Positions 30,877 through 44,631 of a stretch of 64,000 nucleotides of DNA are shown here, piece after piece. A program made the translations under genes and the position numbers. The stretch is from NCBI GenBank assembly GCA_963693365.1, contig CAVNZM010000005.1, forward strand, positions 10,210,334 to 10,274,333, written 5' to 3'. Each line of letters begins with the position of its first letter. Position 1 is the first letter of the stretch. Source of the stretch: Amoebidium appalachense. Lineage: Eukaryota > Protista > Ichthyosporea. The notes below the pieces were generated by a model. That model had not been told where the DNA came from and searched no databases. It saw only the letters and a program-made list of their open reading frames with translations.

Positions 30877-32061
30877 ATGACTAGAAACCAACTAAATCCT
30901 GTAGTAGATAGCTTTTTGGAAATGTCAACCGCCGCCCATCCCGTCACCAAAATGACGGGGAAGACTTTCCAAACATCCGGTGTTGTGGGGCAGCCGAACT
31001 CCCCGTACGCACGGTCAACCTTACAACGGGGAAGTTTCATTAGAAAAGACTCTGGTGGGATGAGCGAGGTTGAAGTTGGGCTTAGGAACATTATGCAAAC
31101 ATTGAAACTCTCCCAACCGAAACGATCTCTAGGTGTTGCGTCTGTATCCTCGCTGGATGCTGTGGGTGAGAATGACAGCTCGGCAGCGAGCAGTAGGATT
31201 GATTTGCAGAGTCTGACGATGGGGAGTGAGGGTGTTACGTTGTTGCAGCCCTCTTCAGCCGCCGTTCTAGGTAGGTTCATAATAGGCTGAATTTTTTTAT
31301 TTTTTTTTTCGGTTTTTATCTGGGGTATGATTGCGTATTCCCACTGGGCTGCTCGGTGAATAGGACTGCCACCCGCATATGGTGTTTTGTTTTTAAAATT
31401 CTTTATCACGAGTGAGGCAATGAATGAAGATCACGCCTGACCTCATATTTACGGGTTTGTGCTGACGAAATCAAACATGGTTTGCTTTTGGTTGGTGTGC
31501 TTTAGGTGCAGAGATAGGTACACAAATGGAAAAAGGGCAGAGCACACACCCCACCACATATTGGACACACCTTTGCATGCAGGCGAACAGTTCGATGGAA
31601 ATTTCACCCATACCGCCTGCTCTGAAGTCGGTCATGCAAAAACGCACATGTAGTTTCTTGATGGTGAGAATAGACCGTAGACAAGCACCAGAGACACCAT
31701 CTAAATAGGATCCGTATATGCACGTTCGGCCAAACATTTTTTCCTGGATAAAAACTTGCGAGAACTTAATGACTTCGTAGATCAGATTGGTTCACGCATT
31801 ACAGATGCTCTGGCAACCAACGGGAGAGGCGGAGGAAGGACACAAGAAAAATGGTTCAACTATACAGAGAAACACAGACACTGCTAACTACATAGTTACT
31901 ACCCCAATATAATTCGTGCCATATGTATCAGATTCACCGAAGAACGCCTATATTATGCGACCAAAGGACCATTGGCACAAAGACATACAGACGGAAACAA
32001 ATCAACACACATGTCCAAACATGCGGAGAATTGCCACACAAGACACATACACACACACACG

Positions 32062-32116
<55 letters not shown>

Positions 32117-33326
32117 CACACACAGCACACACGTGCTCTCATGAGACCCATTATAACAGTGTCCCCCTATGCCTTCTCCTTTCCTCTCCACGCTCAACTG
32201 CGGCCATTCCTCCAACCCTTCTACACCCACACCCGCCCCCGGTGGCCGCATTTCACAACAACAACAACAACAACAGCATTAACAGCATCCTCTTGTACAC
32301 TCTCACAGTTTTTCACATATACTAATTTTCTATGACAAAGCAGGAGATAGGCCAAGTCCCATCCATTCTCTCCACAGCACGAAAACCCACACCCTAAGTT
32401 ACAGCGCCGACAACCTCCCACTACTTTCTGCACAGCCGCCGCCACCCGTTGCACCCAGCCCTCTACGTGTTATGTCTCTCGGGCAGGAACACGACTCCAC
32501 GTTTTTTTTCGGTAGCAGTTTCGACCATCTCCAACTCGAAAACGTGCAACCGCAGCTTCCCAACCTCATTTCTATTTCACAGCAACCCCTGGGTCTACAC
32601 ATGCAACACCAGCCCCTCATGCACACCATGTCCATGCCGGATGAGTTTGGGAATTTACACTCCTCCGTTGGAATGTATGGGGCTCATGTTGGGCCCGCAC
32701 CTGTGGTTACGGACACCACAAGAATCGGCAGTTATAACATTCCACACTCACCAATGTGCCAACGTGAACTTTTGCAGGTTGGAACCACCCCCACCACCCC
32801 CCTTTCCCCGCTCATTCCCCCCCCCCCCCCCCCCCCGAAACAAAGTATGGGTTGGGAACCACGCGCGAGAGGTTAAAGAGTCGAAACCCATGCTTTGGTG
32901 GAGGCATAGGAACCCCCCTGATGATGGGCTCTGTTCAAATGTCTCCTGCCTGCACGCTTAAATTGTTTGATTTTGTATTTCCCACTTTTGTGACGTGTTG
33001 TTGATGCTCGTTGTTGTCTCCTCCATATTTCCAACCCTCTAACGCATACATCACCCCCCCCCCCCCCCCCCCCCCCCACCCACCCTCGGGATGGGCTCTG
33101 CTAATGATGCCTACAGCAACTTTTTATGTGTGCCCAGCAATCATATATTATGAATGGACACTTCGTATTCGGTCATGAATCCAAACCCCCACCCCCCCCC
33201 ACCCCCGCGCGCCCCCCCCCAGCCCCGTCGGCCTGCCCTTCCAACAACAAAATCATTAACCTCGCCTCCAATCTCACCCGGCCGTTATTCACTAGTTGCA
33301 TCACATTCTGAACTCAATGGCACCCC

Positions 33327-33363
<37 letters not shown>

Positions 33364-34060
33364 CCCCCCCCCTCCCCCCCCCCCCCCCCCAAAAAAAAAT
33401 AAAATAAAAAATAAAAAATAAAAAAACTGCAGGGTCTTGCCATGCTACAGACCAGCTGTGACAGCATCAGTATGAACACCCCGAGCCCGCTCCGACACTC
33501 CTCTCTCACCGGCAGTCTCTCATCCAATAGCGTGCGAGAGTTTACACCGACGAAGCAACGGAGATCCATATCTCGCACCAGCCGCTTTTCTAGAAGCTCA
33601 GAGAACTTAACCCTTTCCCGCCGACAATCGACGGAACCGCGCAGCGGCGCGATGAACGAGAACGATTTAAGTTTAGGTTTAAATCAGACCCAATCGTTTC
33701 GGTCGGATTACACATCGACAGATGAGATCTTGGGCACCGACGATGAGGCTCTGATGGGTTCGATTTTCGGTTCTAAAATCTCCCCAACCACGCGGGATCA
33801 GCAGCTGGCCAAGGGGTTTTCACCGGAAAACAAAACCGAAAAGCCGATATCTGGGAGCAAGGGAGATGCACAAGAGACGCCGGCGGAGAAAACAGAGGAA
33901 GGCTTCTTTTTTGGCCAAGATGCCGGGGTGGGTGTTCTTTTGCGTTTGCCTATTTCTTTTCCTTGTTTCGCCTGCTAACTTGGTCTGTGCATACACACAC
34001 ACACATACATACATACACACACGTTCACGTACACATCCCCGCGCGCGCACGCACACACAA

Positions 34061-34110
<50 letters not shown>

Positions 34111-35819
34111 CCACACACACACACAGACACACACAACACACACAGACAAGCACACACGTACACATACAGAGAGAGAGAGACGTACACACGCACACACAAA
34201 AAAAAAAAGAACGCCCCCACCAGTACTTTGCCCTCTTATCCCCATACACATGCTAAGTGCCAATATTGGGTTTCATTAACCCGGATGCATCTACCAGGCG
34301 CTGGAAGAATGGTATCTGGACCTCCTGGATGGCAGCAAATCATTGGATCTTACTACATACCAGAGTCCCCCTACACTGGATGGAGAAGGGGAGGGACGCA
34401 CACTCAGCAACGAACCGAGCCAGGTAAATTTTGACTGGTGCATTCTAGATGCTTCTTTGCCGCTCAAAACCATAGGGAGCAAAATAGCTAATAGACATAA
34501 CACAAAGTTGGTAAGTTTTCTTAAAACGTTTTGGAGAGATTGGGGGGATAAGCGATGCGCGAAAGGCAGGCAAAGGTGGCTGCCTAAAGGAGGAGGGGAG
34601 GGAATCGCGGGGGAGGGAGGAGGAGAGGCGGGGGGGGAGGGGGGAGGGGGGGGGGAGGGGGGGTTACATAAGAAAATTGGACGGTTTATAATGACGATAT
34701 TAATAGGCTCGGAACAAGGAAGGTAGACTTCGAAAGTTCAATCCTAACAGCGAGTTCTTGCCCTTCAGGAACGGTCCCTGGATGCACAAACACCCATCCA
34801 ATCACCGGCCTCGGAGGAGGAAGTCGTTACCATATTGGGAACCGCAAGATCTATGACGGTTCCCATATTTGGAAGTGCGTCTCAAGCTGGGGGAACCAAT
34901 CAAAACGCATCATCTGATGAGCCACTGGCGGTGAAGCCATCGGGGAGAAGAAAGGCGGGGGTCAAACCACCCTCCGTTTGTGCAAACTGCAAGGTAAAAA
35001 TGGGCAAGGAAATGGTGAAACAAGCATGCACAAGTGCACACACTTACACGGACGTATACACACGTACACCCACGTACACCCACGTACTCGCACGTACTCA
35101 CACGTACCCACCCACGTACTCACACGTACACCCACGTACTCACACGTACTCACACGTACACCCACGTACTCGCACGTACTCACACGTACACACACGTACT
35201 CGCACGTACTCGCACGTACTCACACGTACACACACGTACGCGCACGTACATGAACGCATATTACGCACATGCATACATGTACGCACACAACACACGAAAT
35301 GCAGATACATGCAAACTCTCTCCATGCGCACCGTGGTAGTTTTCCTTCATTCCACCCCAAGAATTTCCTTGTCTCACTACCTACGCCTCTTCCTCCTCTC
35401 CCTCCCCCTTCCCCCCCTTCACTCCTTCTCCCCCACCCACCCACCCACCCACCCAAAAAAAACCACCTTCCCGCACACACACACACACACACACACACAC
35501 ATGCGCGCACACACACACCCCGATCGTCTTCACATTTCATCTTGTCCGCCCAACCCAATTTGTGTTTTTTTCGGCATTTTGAAAAGAAGAAAAAAAATGT
35601 GGACCACTCACCGCACCCCCAAACGCCCCATTAGACTCAACAGTCGACCCTATGGAGGAGATCCGAGGCTGGGGAGCTCGTGTGCAATGCTTGTGGCCTG
35701 TACGAGGTACGTCTATGATTATGATCATCATTAGTAACCTCCTCCCCCCCCTCCCCCACCCCCCCCCCTTTTTTTTTCTTCTTGTTTATTATTTTCTTTC
35801 TTTTTTTTTCCTTTTTTTT

Positions 35820-35850
<31 letters not shown>

Positions 35851-36226
35851 CTGTTTTTCCATTTTTTATCTTTTTTTTTTTTGTGTGTGTGTGTGTGTGT
35901 ATGTGTTTTGGGGGGGGGGGGGGGGGGGAGGGGGAGGGGGGGAGGGGGGGGAGGAGGGGGTCGTTTGTCCCACGGTACCTATGACACACATCCCGCCGCC
36001 ACCACCACCACCATCATACAACATGCACTCTTCCCCCGCTCACCACACCCATATTTCCCCACAGCGACTGCACAAGGCGCCTCGCCCGCCAGACGTGTTC
36101 ACGCGGACCAATCGGAGGAGGCCACGGCAGAGAAAGTCACGTGACATGGAGGAGCCCATCCAATTGGATCGCTGGCACCGAGTCAGCAACATCATAGTGC
36201 CCGGGTTCGGATTCCTCGCTGCATAG
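30877..36226 (+). CDS. GATA-type zinc-finger transcription factor (single C-X2-C-X17-C-X2-C finger near the C-terminus), multi-exon
   Basis: Exons ending 34993 (VCANCK), 35635-35706 (TQQSTLWRRSEAGELVCNACGLYE) and 36065-36226 (RLHKAPRP...RTNRRRPRQRK, stop) splice in phase. Upstream Ser/Pro/Gln-rich exons at ~30871-31270, 31507-31663, 32405-32778, 33433-33927, 34298-34423; the 5' structure is uncertain. Confidence 0.85.
35053..35250. repeat. 10-bp tandem repeat (CACACGTACT/CCCACGTACA) in the intron that splits the GATA finger
   Basis: About 20 copies with an ACGT core. Confidence 0.85.
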
Positions 36227-36280
36227 CCGGCACATGCAAACATGTGATTTGATCTACTTGATTTGATTGGATGGAGGCTA

Positions 36281-36418
36281 TGTGCGGCGTCATGTGATTG
36301 GGTGCAAGTCATGTACAGCGTCATGTGATTGGGTGCAAGTCGTGTGCGGCGTCATGTGATTGGGTGCAAGCCATGTGCAGCGTCATGTGATTGCGTTAAA
36401 GGCATGTGTGGTGTCATG
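36281..36418. repeat. 31-bp tandem repeat (~4.5 copies) just after the GATA stop codon
   Basis: TGTGCGGCGTCATGTGATTGGGTGCAAGTCA units starting at 36281, 36312, 36343, 36374, 36405. Confidence 0.85.
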
Positions 36419-39400
36419 CATGGCAAGGCCGGCTGCAAAATGAGATTTGGTTGGTGAAATTCTAATGGGCGATTTTCTCGGGTGATGGTGGTCTATGGAA
36501 CTGTAAGGGGCAGTATGCTAGAATGGCTGTTTGGATAAAACTCGGAATCATTTTTGAGATACATCCCTTGTGTTACGTTGTGCTGTTACATGCCTAAAAT
36601 AGCTTGTGCCTTTTTTTTCCTGCACCTTCAGTTTGTATATCAAAGAGCAGGACCCTCTACGATGTGCCATGGAAGTGCCATACGGAGAGATTCATGTTTG
36701 TGTATGGTGCTGATTGGAGAGTGTGGTAAAAGTTAGGTAGGTGTGCCATTTGGGGTTGCTACTAAGGATTCCCATATGACGCTCCAATCATTGTTATATT
36801 ATTTTTGATGAGTGAAAGTCGGGAATGATTGAACACAATGCCATATGATAATGTGTGGTGTGTTCTTCTATTGCCTTTTCTTTGCCAGGTTTACTAATAA
36901 TGTCTACACAAAGTATCCCAGATCGCATTCATAGTATGTCATATCACATATCATATTTGGTTATATTGGGTTTCTGAGTTTCTTTGTCTAAATAATATTG
37001 CGAAGGTCATGTTTGAGTTGGTATTATCAAATGTCTAACCAAGAGTCTCTGTCTGCAAATCAATGTGTCTTCAAAATATATCTCGACTATGTACGGCATA
37101 TCTCGACTATGATGAAACCGAATACACTTGCCAGGTCTATCCGGTCGGACGACAACATTTGAGATTTGCCGAATTGTGCGTCGAGATACAAAAAAGATGC
37201 TTAAGCTTAGTTTCATGTGTGTATCAAGGCATGCTTACCGTGGCCCACCCCAAATATTCAATTAGATCCCTATTTGGGAGAAGAATAATTGATCCACTTG
37301 AGACGCAATTTAAAAAGAATGTTCTTTTTTTTTTGGCACCTATTGAAGTACCCGAAACACGAACAAATGGGATATTACAGAATCCAGATAATGTAGTATT
37401 ACTTCAAGTCACATTTGACGTGCGAGTTACTTTGCGCACGTCACAACACTCGGAGGCCATTCCACGTGCCACCCCTCCCCGTGCACATACTCATCATACA
37501 AACAGGGAACCTTACACTCTTGCTGGAGTTTTCCAACCCCCTCACGGACTCCCCCCACCCCCCCTCCCTCCCCCCGCCCTCCCCCCTCCTCCTCCTCCCT
37601 CCCCCCCCCCCCCCCCCCCTCCCACACCCAATTAACATCCCTTCTAATCCACCCCACCCCACCCCGCTCGACCACCACCACCACCACACAACCACACCCA
37701 CCCCACACCCACGCCCACGCCCATGCCCACCCACACCCACACCTACACCGTCACCCACGCACATTACACCTTGCATACAGCTTACCAAACAATGTCCTTC
37801 CCCCCCCCCCCCCCCCCTATCCCTCGCCCTCCGCCCCCCCTCCCCCCCTCCTCCTCCTCCCCCTCCTCCTCCACCCCACCCCTCCCCCGTTCCCACACCC
37901 ATCCACACACACACAAACACTTTGCACACAAGCTTACGGCAAAAATGTCCTCCCCCCTCCGCATCCCCTCCCCCTCCTCCCCCCCCTCCCCCCCCCCCCC
38001 CCCCCCTCCCCCCCCCCCCCCCCCCCCCCCCCTCCCTCCCTTCAGCCTCTACCCCGTCTCAACTCATGTTTTCCCCGCAACTTTCCACCACCATCACCAG
38101 CCCTTCCCTTTCAGCCCGCCAGGTAAACACACAGGACTTCCTCCTGCGACATTCTCTCTTGGGCTTTAACTTCCCCCGTCTCGACTTTACGAGGTTATTG
38201 TAGGTAGGGGAGGTGGGTATTCTCCCTATTTCTCTTTATTCCCAGAGCCAAAACAAGTGGAAGGAGGCCTGGGCGGTGTGTTTTTGTATGCGCGTGCGAA
38301 CGTGAGGAAGGGGTGGGCTGGAAAAAGGGCATCTTAGTTGGACTAAGGTCAAAGATATGATGGTTCTATGGAGACGGCATGGCATGAAAGTGGTTCAACT
38401 AGGCCAGTAATGTCCACTTTCGAGCCATACTCTCGGGTTGCGCAGCTAATGGTTTGTCTTGGTACGTGTAGTGAGCCGGGGGAGGTCGAGTTGAAGGGGC
38501 GGGAGCGCAGGGGGTGGGGGGGGGGGGGGGGGGGGGGGGGAGGTGTGGGGGGATGGGAAGGCTTTGAGGGTATATGGGGTAGAGTATGGTGGGATGTGGA
38601 AGAGATGAATACAATAGAGGCTGACCAGCGTGCCACTGAGCAAAGATGCTTGCCAACGAAAAGAGCATGCATAAATTAAACCAAGGCCCAAAAAATGGCA
38701 CAAGGCACTTGAGCAAATTCTGATCCAAGTAGCACCCCCCCGGTGTGATGAGGGTACGTGGTGGTGGGTGGGTGAGTGGGTGTGGTGGGGTTGGGTCGGT
38801 GGGGGAGCCCCCCCGAGGGGGGAGCGGGGGGAGGGGGGGGAAGGGGGCGGAGAGGGGGTAAACGAGGGGGAGAAGATGGGGGCGGAGGGGGAGGGGGGGA
38901 GGGGGGAGGGAGCAGAGGGATGCAACTTAGCCAACTGCATGCATACACTTTTGAGCCATGATATTCCAGTTGCACAGGGGATGTGGTGTGTGTGTCTATA
39001 GTAGCTTTGTGTAGTTAGAACGGGTGTTCAGGGGACAAGGGAGATCGAGGGGATGGAAAAGGGAGGGGATTGATTGGAGAGGATGGCGAGGTGGGGGGGA
39101 AAAGGGGAGGGGAGGAGGGGGAGGGGGAGGGGGGAGGGGGGTGGATGTACTAGGCATTACAGGTTGAAAAACGTTGAAGTGAAGTAATTGCACGGGCAAG
39201 GGGAGGAAAGGTGGTGGCCTGAGGGAGGGGGGCAGCTCCAAAGATAAGTGAATGGCATTTAAACGGGAGGGGAAGGGGTGAAAAAGAAGGGGGGAAGGGG
39301 GGCTGTCTTGGTTCAGAAGTATCACATGTCATTTAGCATCTATGTCGTATATTCTCATTTCAACTCGTGTGCAGCGGGAGTGCAGCTATCCACCGACTAT

Positions 39401-39827
39401 CCAAAAAATAGACTATCCAAAAAATAGTCATCCCCAGGCTGCTCTCAGCATCAACTATCCATCAAGTATCCATTTACTCATACATGTACATACTGTTACC
39501 ATGTGGAGCGCATGTGTGCATGCAAAAGTTGGAAAAGCCAAATAAATCTACCATTTCTGCAACCTTTCAACACAACCAACCACCTTAATCAAAAAAAAAA
39601 AAAAAAATCTAATAGGCTCAAATCCTTCTTCCTTCTCTATCTTTTACCTCCTTTTCCTCATCATCATGCAATCAAAACCAAAGCTCCATATCACTCACTA
39701 TCAGAAACATTTTCCAAACTGCATCCCGCCACACACAACACAACCATCATACCACCACAGCCACAAAACTACTACGGTTCTTTAACATGAAACCACCGCA
39801 GCTTCTTTAACCCCGCACAGAGCCGGG

Positions 39828-40425
39828 CTACACGCTGCCTGCAGCCACAGCAGCCTCCTGCTTGCGTACCAAATCCTCGCACACCTTCATGGCGTGGGCC
39901 ACCTTCTTAATCTCGTGCTCGTTGAACCCGCGATTATTCTCCTTGAGGTTCTCGTAGATGTGGTACGCCTGTGTGTATGTGTTTATGTGTGTGTGTGTTT
40001 GGGGGGGGGAGGAGGACTATATAGACAATGAGAGCAGAAAGCAGCGGAGAATGTGGCCCGAGAGAGTGTTAATTGTGTTGAGGGGCCCGGGGAGAAGAAG
40101 GTTGGGAGGGGAGGGGTGAGAGGGGAGGGGATGGAAGAGCGGAGAAGAGAGGGGGGGAGGAGGAGGAGGAGGAGGGTGTCAGATGTTTGTAAGATGATTA
40201 TGTAATATCGACAGTGCTGGATGAGGCCTATCAATGCGGAAGGGAACCTTGCTCATAAGGCGAGAGATTGACTATTGAAAAGACTCCATTCCCTCTTCCT
40301 CTTCTTTTTCCGAAATCATGCATCTTGTTCTTTTTCCCGGGGGGACTCGGGGGGAGGGTTGGGGGGGGGGGGGGGGGGGGGGGGGGACCATCAAAGTGTG
40401 TGTGAGGGCCGGGGGGGGGGGGGGT

Positions 40426-40458
<33 letters not shown>

Positions 40459-40760
40459 GGGGGACGGGTGGGAGGAGGGGAAGACTTCCTGGGTTGGTTG
40501 ATTGTTTGTGGTGGTGTTGGTGGTGGTTTTTCGGGAGGGGTGGGGGTTGGGGGGGGGGGGGGGGGGGGGGGGGAGATGGGGAAATACTTCATCTACGAAA
40601 CACTCATGTGCAAGACCAAGGAAATTCCCCGACTCAAAACTTCCCTCTTCCAAATTTTGAATTGATTAATCAGAATTCTCAATGGGCATGCCACATTAGA
40701 AGTCGTTACCCTTAAGTAACTTGCAATCACAAACCTTTGTCTCCTGTCACCTCTCCATCT

Positions 40761-40794
<34 letters not shown>

Positions 40795-40871
40795 TACTCC
40801 CATTCTTCCTCCACCCTCACCCCACCCCCAACCCCATCCAGACCACCATCACCATCACTGACCCACACCTT

Positions 40872-40925
<54 letters not shown>

Positions 40926-41188
40926 CACAGGCACACACACATACACACACACAGACACACACACTGACACACAACACACACCTGCGTTAGGTGCTCCAGC
41001 TCTTCCTCCGGCAGCTCGTACTTCTTGCTCCACTCCTGCTGTATGTGGTAAGCCTTGGTTAGGTGCTCGAGTTCTTCCGTCTCCGGTGTCACGTTGTCCA
41101 TCTCAGTGAACTTTTTCTCGAGAAGAACGGCCTTCCGAAGGTGATCCAACTCGACCAGAGACTTCTTCTCAAAATCCTTGTCGGCCAT
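39828..41188 (-). CDS. Small 115-aa helical-repeat protein of unknown function (2 exons: 41188-40982, 39968-39828)
   Basis: MADKDFEKKSLVELDHLRKA...EELEHLTQ|AYHIYENLKENNRGFNEHEIKKVAHAMKVCEDLVRKQEAAVAAGSV*; clean phase-0 GT-AG intron; the splice junction rebuilds the internal repeat ELEHLT(K/Q)AYHI. Confidence 0.85.
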
Positions 41189-41953
41189 TTTCTCTTGCTG
41201 CGTTGGAAGCTTTGCCGGTAGGATTAAACCTTTTTTGTATGCGTTTGGCCTTCCTGTAGAACCTGTTTTCACACGTTGGGTAAAAGCTGTTCAGATAACA
41301 CCTCGTTTTCGCGATTGGAAAGGTTTGAAGTGTCTGGAAAAAGCAAGCGTTCTGTTTATGTACCCACGCACAAATCCCTGGGGCGGCTATGAGCCTACGT
41401 GATCTGTTACCAATCGCATAATATTTTCTGGAAAAATCACTGAACGCGTGTTAAGTGGAATCCGTCGGACCGTCAGGAACCCGGCATCAACCAACTTAAT
41501 TAAGTCTAAATATTGAAAGTTGAAAAAAACGAAGCAATTTGTAGTAAAATTTATAACAATAGTACCCAAAACTGCACAGGAGAGTTGCAAAATAACGCCT
41601 AGCGCCTGTCCTTTCTAGTCGTGCTGAGGTGGCTGATACATGCTGGAGTCCGACAAAGGTTTCGAAAGCCAATCAAAGCTACGGCATATTACGCATAATT
41701 CACCGCGGCTCAGTTTATGCTATGTAGTCCGCCTGGTATGACCCAAATATAGTAATTCTGTCTCGTCACATTTTATCGTCAATCATTCTTTTTTCCTATT
41801 GGCTGGCTTGACCGCAATCCCGGGTGCCGGGAGACAAGCAAAAAGGCGTTTGTTTACATAGCACGTGTTTTATAACAAAAAGGCCCAAACACTTCCTTTC
41901 TCTTCGTTTCTTGTTAGTCCCTGTGCACGGCACCAAAGAATCCAAAAGGGAAA

Positions 41954-42426
41954 ATGCGGCCTCGAAGTTCTCGTTGTGCCAGTCCCTCTATCGATGTTTA
42001 TGGTCTGCACAAGGGGCACACACACACGCACCCCTGGTGCAACATCCGGATCCTTCTGAACACCTTCTCCGATGAACAACCACGCACACACACGCACGCA
42101 CGCACACACACGCACACACACACTGGTACACAAACACACACAAAACACACATTCACACACACGCACAAACATACATAACCGCACACACCCACACACATGC
42201 ACGTGCGCACGCATAGACGCACGCACGCCGTTGGCAAGCACACACCCACACATGTAACATGTACACACCCACACACCCACGCACACACACGCACACGCAC
42301 ACACACGGACCCACGCACGAACGCACACACACACGCACACATACACACATCCATAAACACACACACACAGTCACAGACCCACACACACACACGAATACGC
42401 ACACGCACGAGCACACACACATATAC

Positions 42427-42470
<44 letters not shown>

Positions 42471-42472
42471 CA

Positions 42473-42556
<84 letters not shown>

Positions 42557-43301
42557 GCAGACACAGCTGTTGGCCCCCCTCCAAGTCTCCCGACTGTGCC
42601 TTCTCCAGATCCCTTCCCCGTCCGGACCTCAGCCGCTAACCTCCCAAAAGAAACCCCGTGCCCCGTCACATTTAAGCCAGCTAGTAAGCTTTTAAAGTCT
42701 CGATCTTTGTAGCTCCCGGCACCCTAGAGAAAGGCACAATTCTTGATTAAGTATTAGTGACCGTAGTAGTGCCGTCAAGCACTTTACCGTCGCAGGACCA
42801 CCCCCAGGGAGTCAGTAAAGTCTCCTGCCGGCGTGGCTGGGGTAATAACCCTGGGCAAAGTGTGTACTTATAGTTAGGTTTGTGAAGGATGGGTTATCTT
42901 AGCTGAGCTCATAAATAGCACCCTAACTAGTGTACTGTCGGTGTTGTGTGGTAGACGGTAGTTTCCCTAGAGGGCCTGTAATGGCCCTCCGGGAACAAAA
43001 CGTGATAAAATAAAAAAACAAGGGAGTTAGTAAAGTTGCTACAAGTGACTAGCCTTCTGGCAGCACAACCCACCACCCATTGCAAGGCTGGAATAGCAAA
43101 TGTTTGCATGCCTTGGGAATTCACCCTACCTCCATCCCTATAGCCTATAACAATACCCAGACCAGCACCTTGGCGGATACCGGCCTGGGACTTGCGTGAT
43201 GCTAATATTAGCCGACATTTCTGAATGTTTTTTTAAGTCAAACCTTTTGCTTTATGTGAAGTTTAGATGTAGGAGGGGCATTCGAATGGCTCTACCAGTG
43301 A
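41954..43301 (+). CDS. Possible small Pro-rich hypothetical protein (exons 41954-42002, 42555-42683, 43273-43301)
   Basis: The middle exon has a (CA)n-cag acceptor and gtaag donor, and phases are compatible. No recognisable domain; the first and last exons are guesses. Confidence 0.3.
42822..43018 (+). mobile_element. Second copy of the LINE 3' tail (truncated LINE or SINE tail)
   Basis: Its reverse complement aligns by eye to 2161-2353; ends in GATAAAATAAAAAAAC; GAGGGCC/GGCCCTC stem conserved. Confidence 0.8.
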
Positions 43302-44562
43302 CTGTCAACCGAGCAAAGTCGATACACAAAAAAAGACCTGATGATTTAGAGCAGAAAGAAGTTATTCGTAATTATGAATCATTATCCACCGTGACCCTAC
43401 CCAAAAGTCACACCATCCAGCCACCCGCACAACTCTGCATGTCCCAACTGCAAGGAAAAAACACAGTTCAATTTGCAGGTCACAGTAAATGCATGCACGT
43501 ACCGCCATAAGAACTGCATTATAAATTTACATCGCCCAACCCTTTCGAACGGGCTCAACCTGTAAAGTTCATACGTCTTAGAGGCAGCAGCCCCCCTAAA
43601 AATTTAAAAAGTACTCAGTGGCTTCTGAAACCTATCTTGGGTCTTTGATTCATCAGGTCCCCCACCCCCACCCCCACCCCCCTTCCCATTCCCCTTTCCC
43701 TCCCCTTCTCCCCCCTCCCCCCTCTCCCCCCGGCCCTCCCCTCGACCCCCCCCCCCCCCCCCCCCCCCCGGGGGACCCATCCCTTTTTCAACCCCGGGAC
43801 TCGCGGCGATCTTCAGCCTTGTGTGTCTTCCGAATCGACAGGGACACAGCCACCCTTTCCTATCCTCTCCCATTCAGCTTCCTGTCCCTCCGTCTCCTCC
43901 CCCCCCCCCCTCCCCCCCCCCCCCCCCAAAAAAAAAACACACACACATACACACCCACACTCGCATCCACCCTCTCCCCCCAAGCATGACCATCACCGCC
44001 AGTATTGCCTCAAACTCGGCCTCTAATCCCTCCTGCAAAGAAATAGAGAAAAACAAAAAAGAAAAGAAAAAAAAATCCATAAGGCCCCGAGACCTCACAC
44101 CCAAACACAACACTTGTGTGAAAAAAAAAAGTCTAGTTATTAATTCTCGGCCTCTTGTGGTTGTCAGATGTAAATTGGCAATCAAAATCTTCCAGGAAAC
44201 TTTAAAATGTGGAGGCAGGAAAGTATATCAACAGGGAAGTACTGGAGGGGTGGAAGGTGGCCACGGAGAGACATGACGGAGAGACATGGGGGAAGGGGGT
44301 GGGGTGGGGGGGGGGGGGGGGGGGAGGGGAAGGAGGAGGGACGGGGGAGAGGGGCGATATTGCCTCCAGCCTGCTGAGTATGGTGGTGCCGTGACCAAGC
44401 TTGCTCTTGTTATGTTATATCATTTCCCCGGGCCACTCACTCACTCCCCTCTAAACCCCCCCTACATAATCCCCCCTCCCTCCCAAGTCACTATTAAATT
44501 TAAGGTCACTCCACCGCTCCCGCCCCACGCCCCCTCCCTGGGACGAACTTCTTTCTGTCACT

Positions 44563-44631
<69 letters not shown>

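Noticed and set aside
37063-38700. Possible additional gene between the GATA gene and the 115-aa gene
   Set aside because: Intron-like repeats are present, but there is no consistent exon chain or domain.
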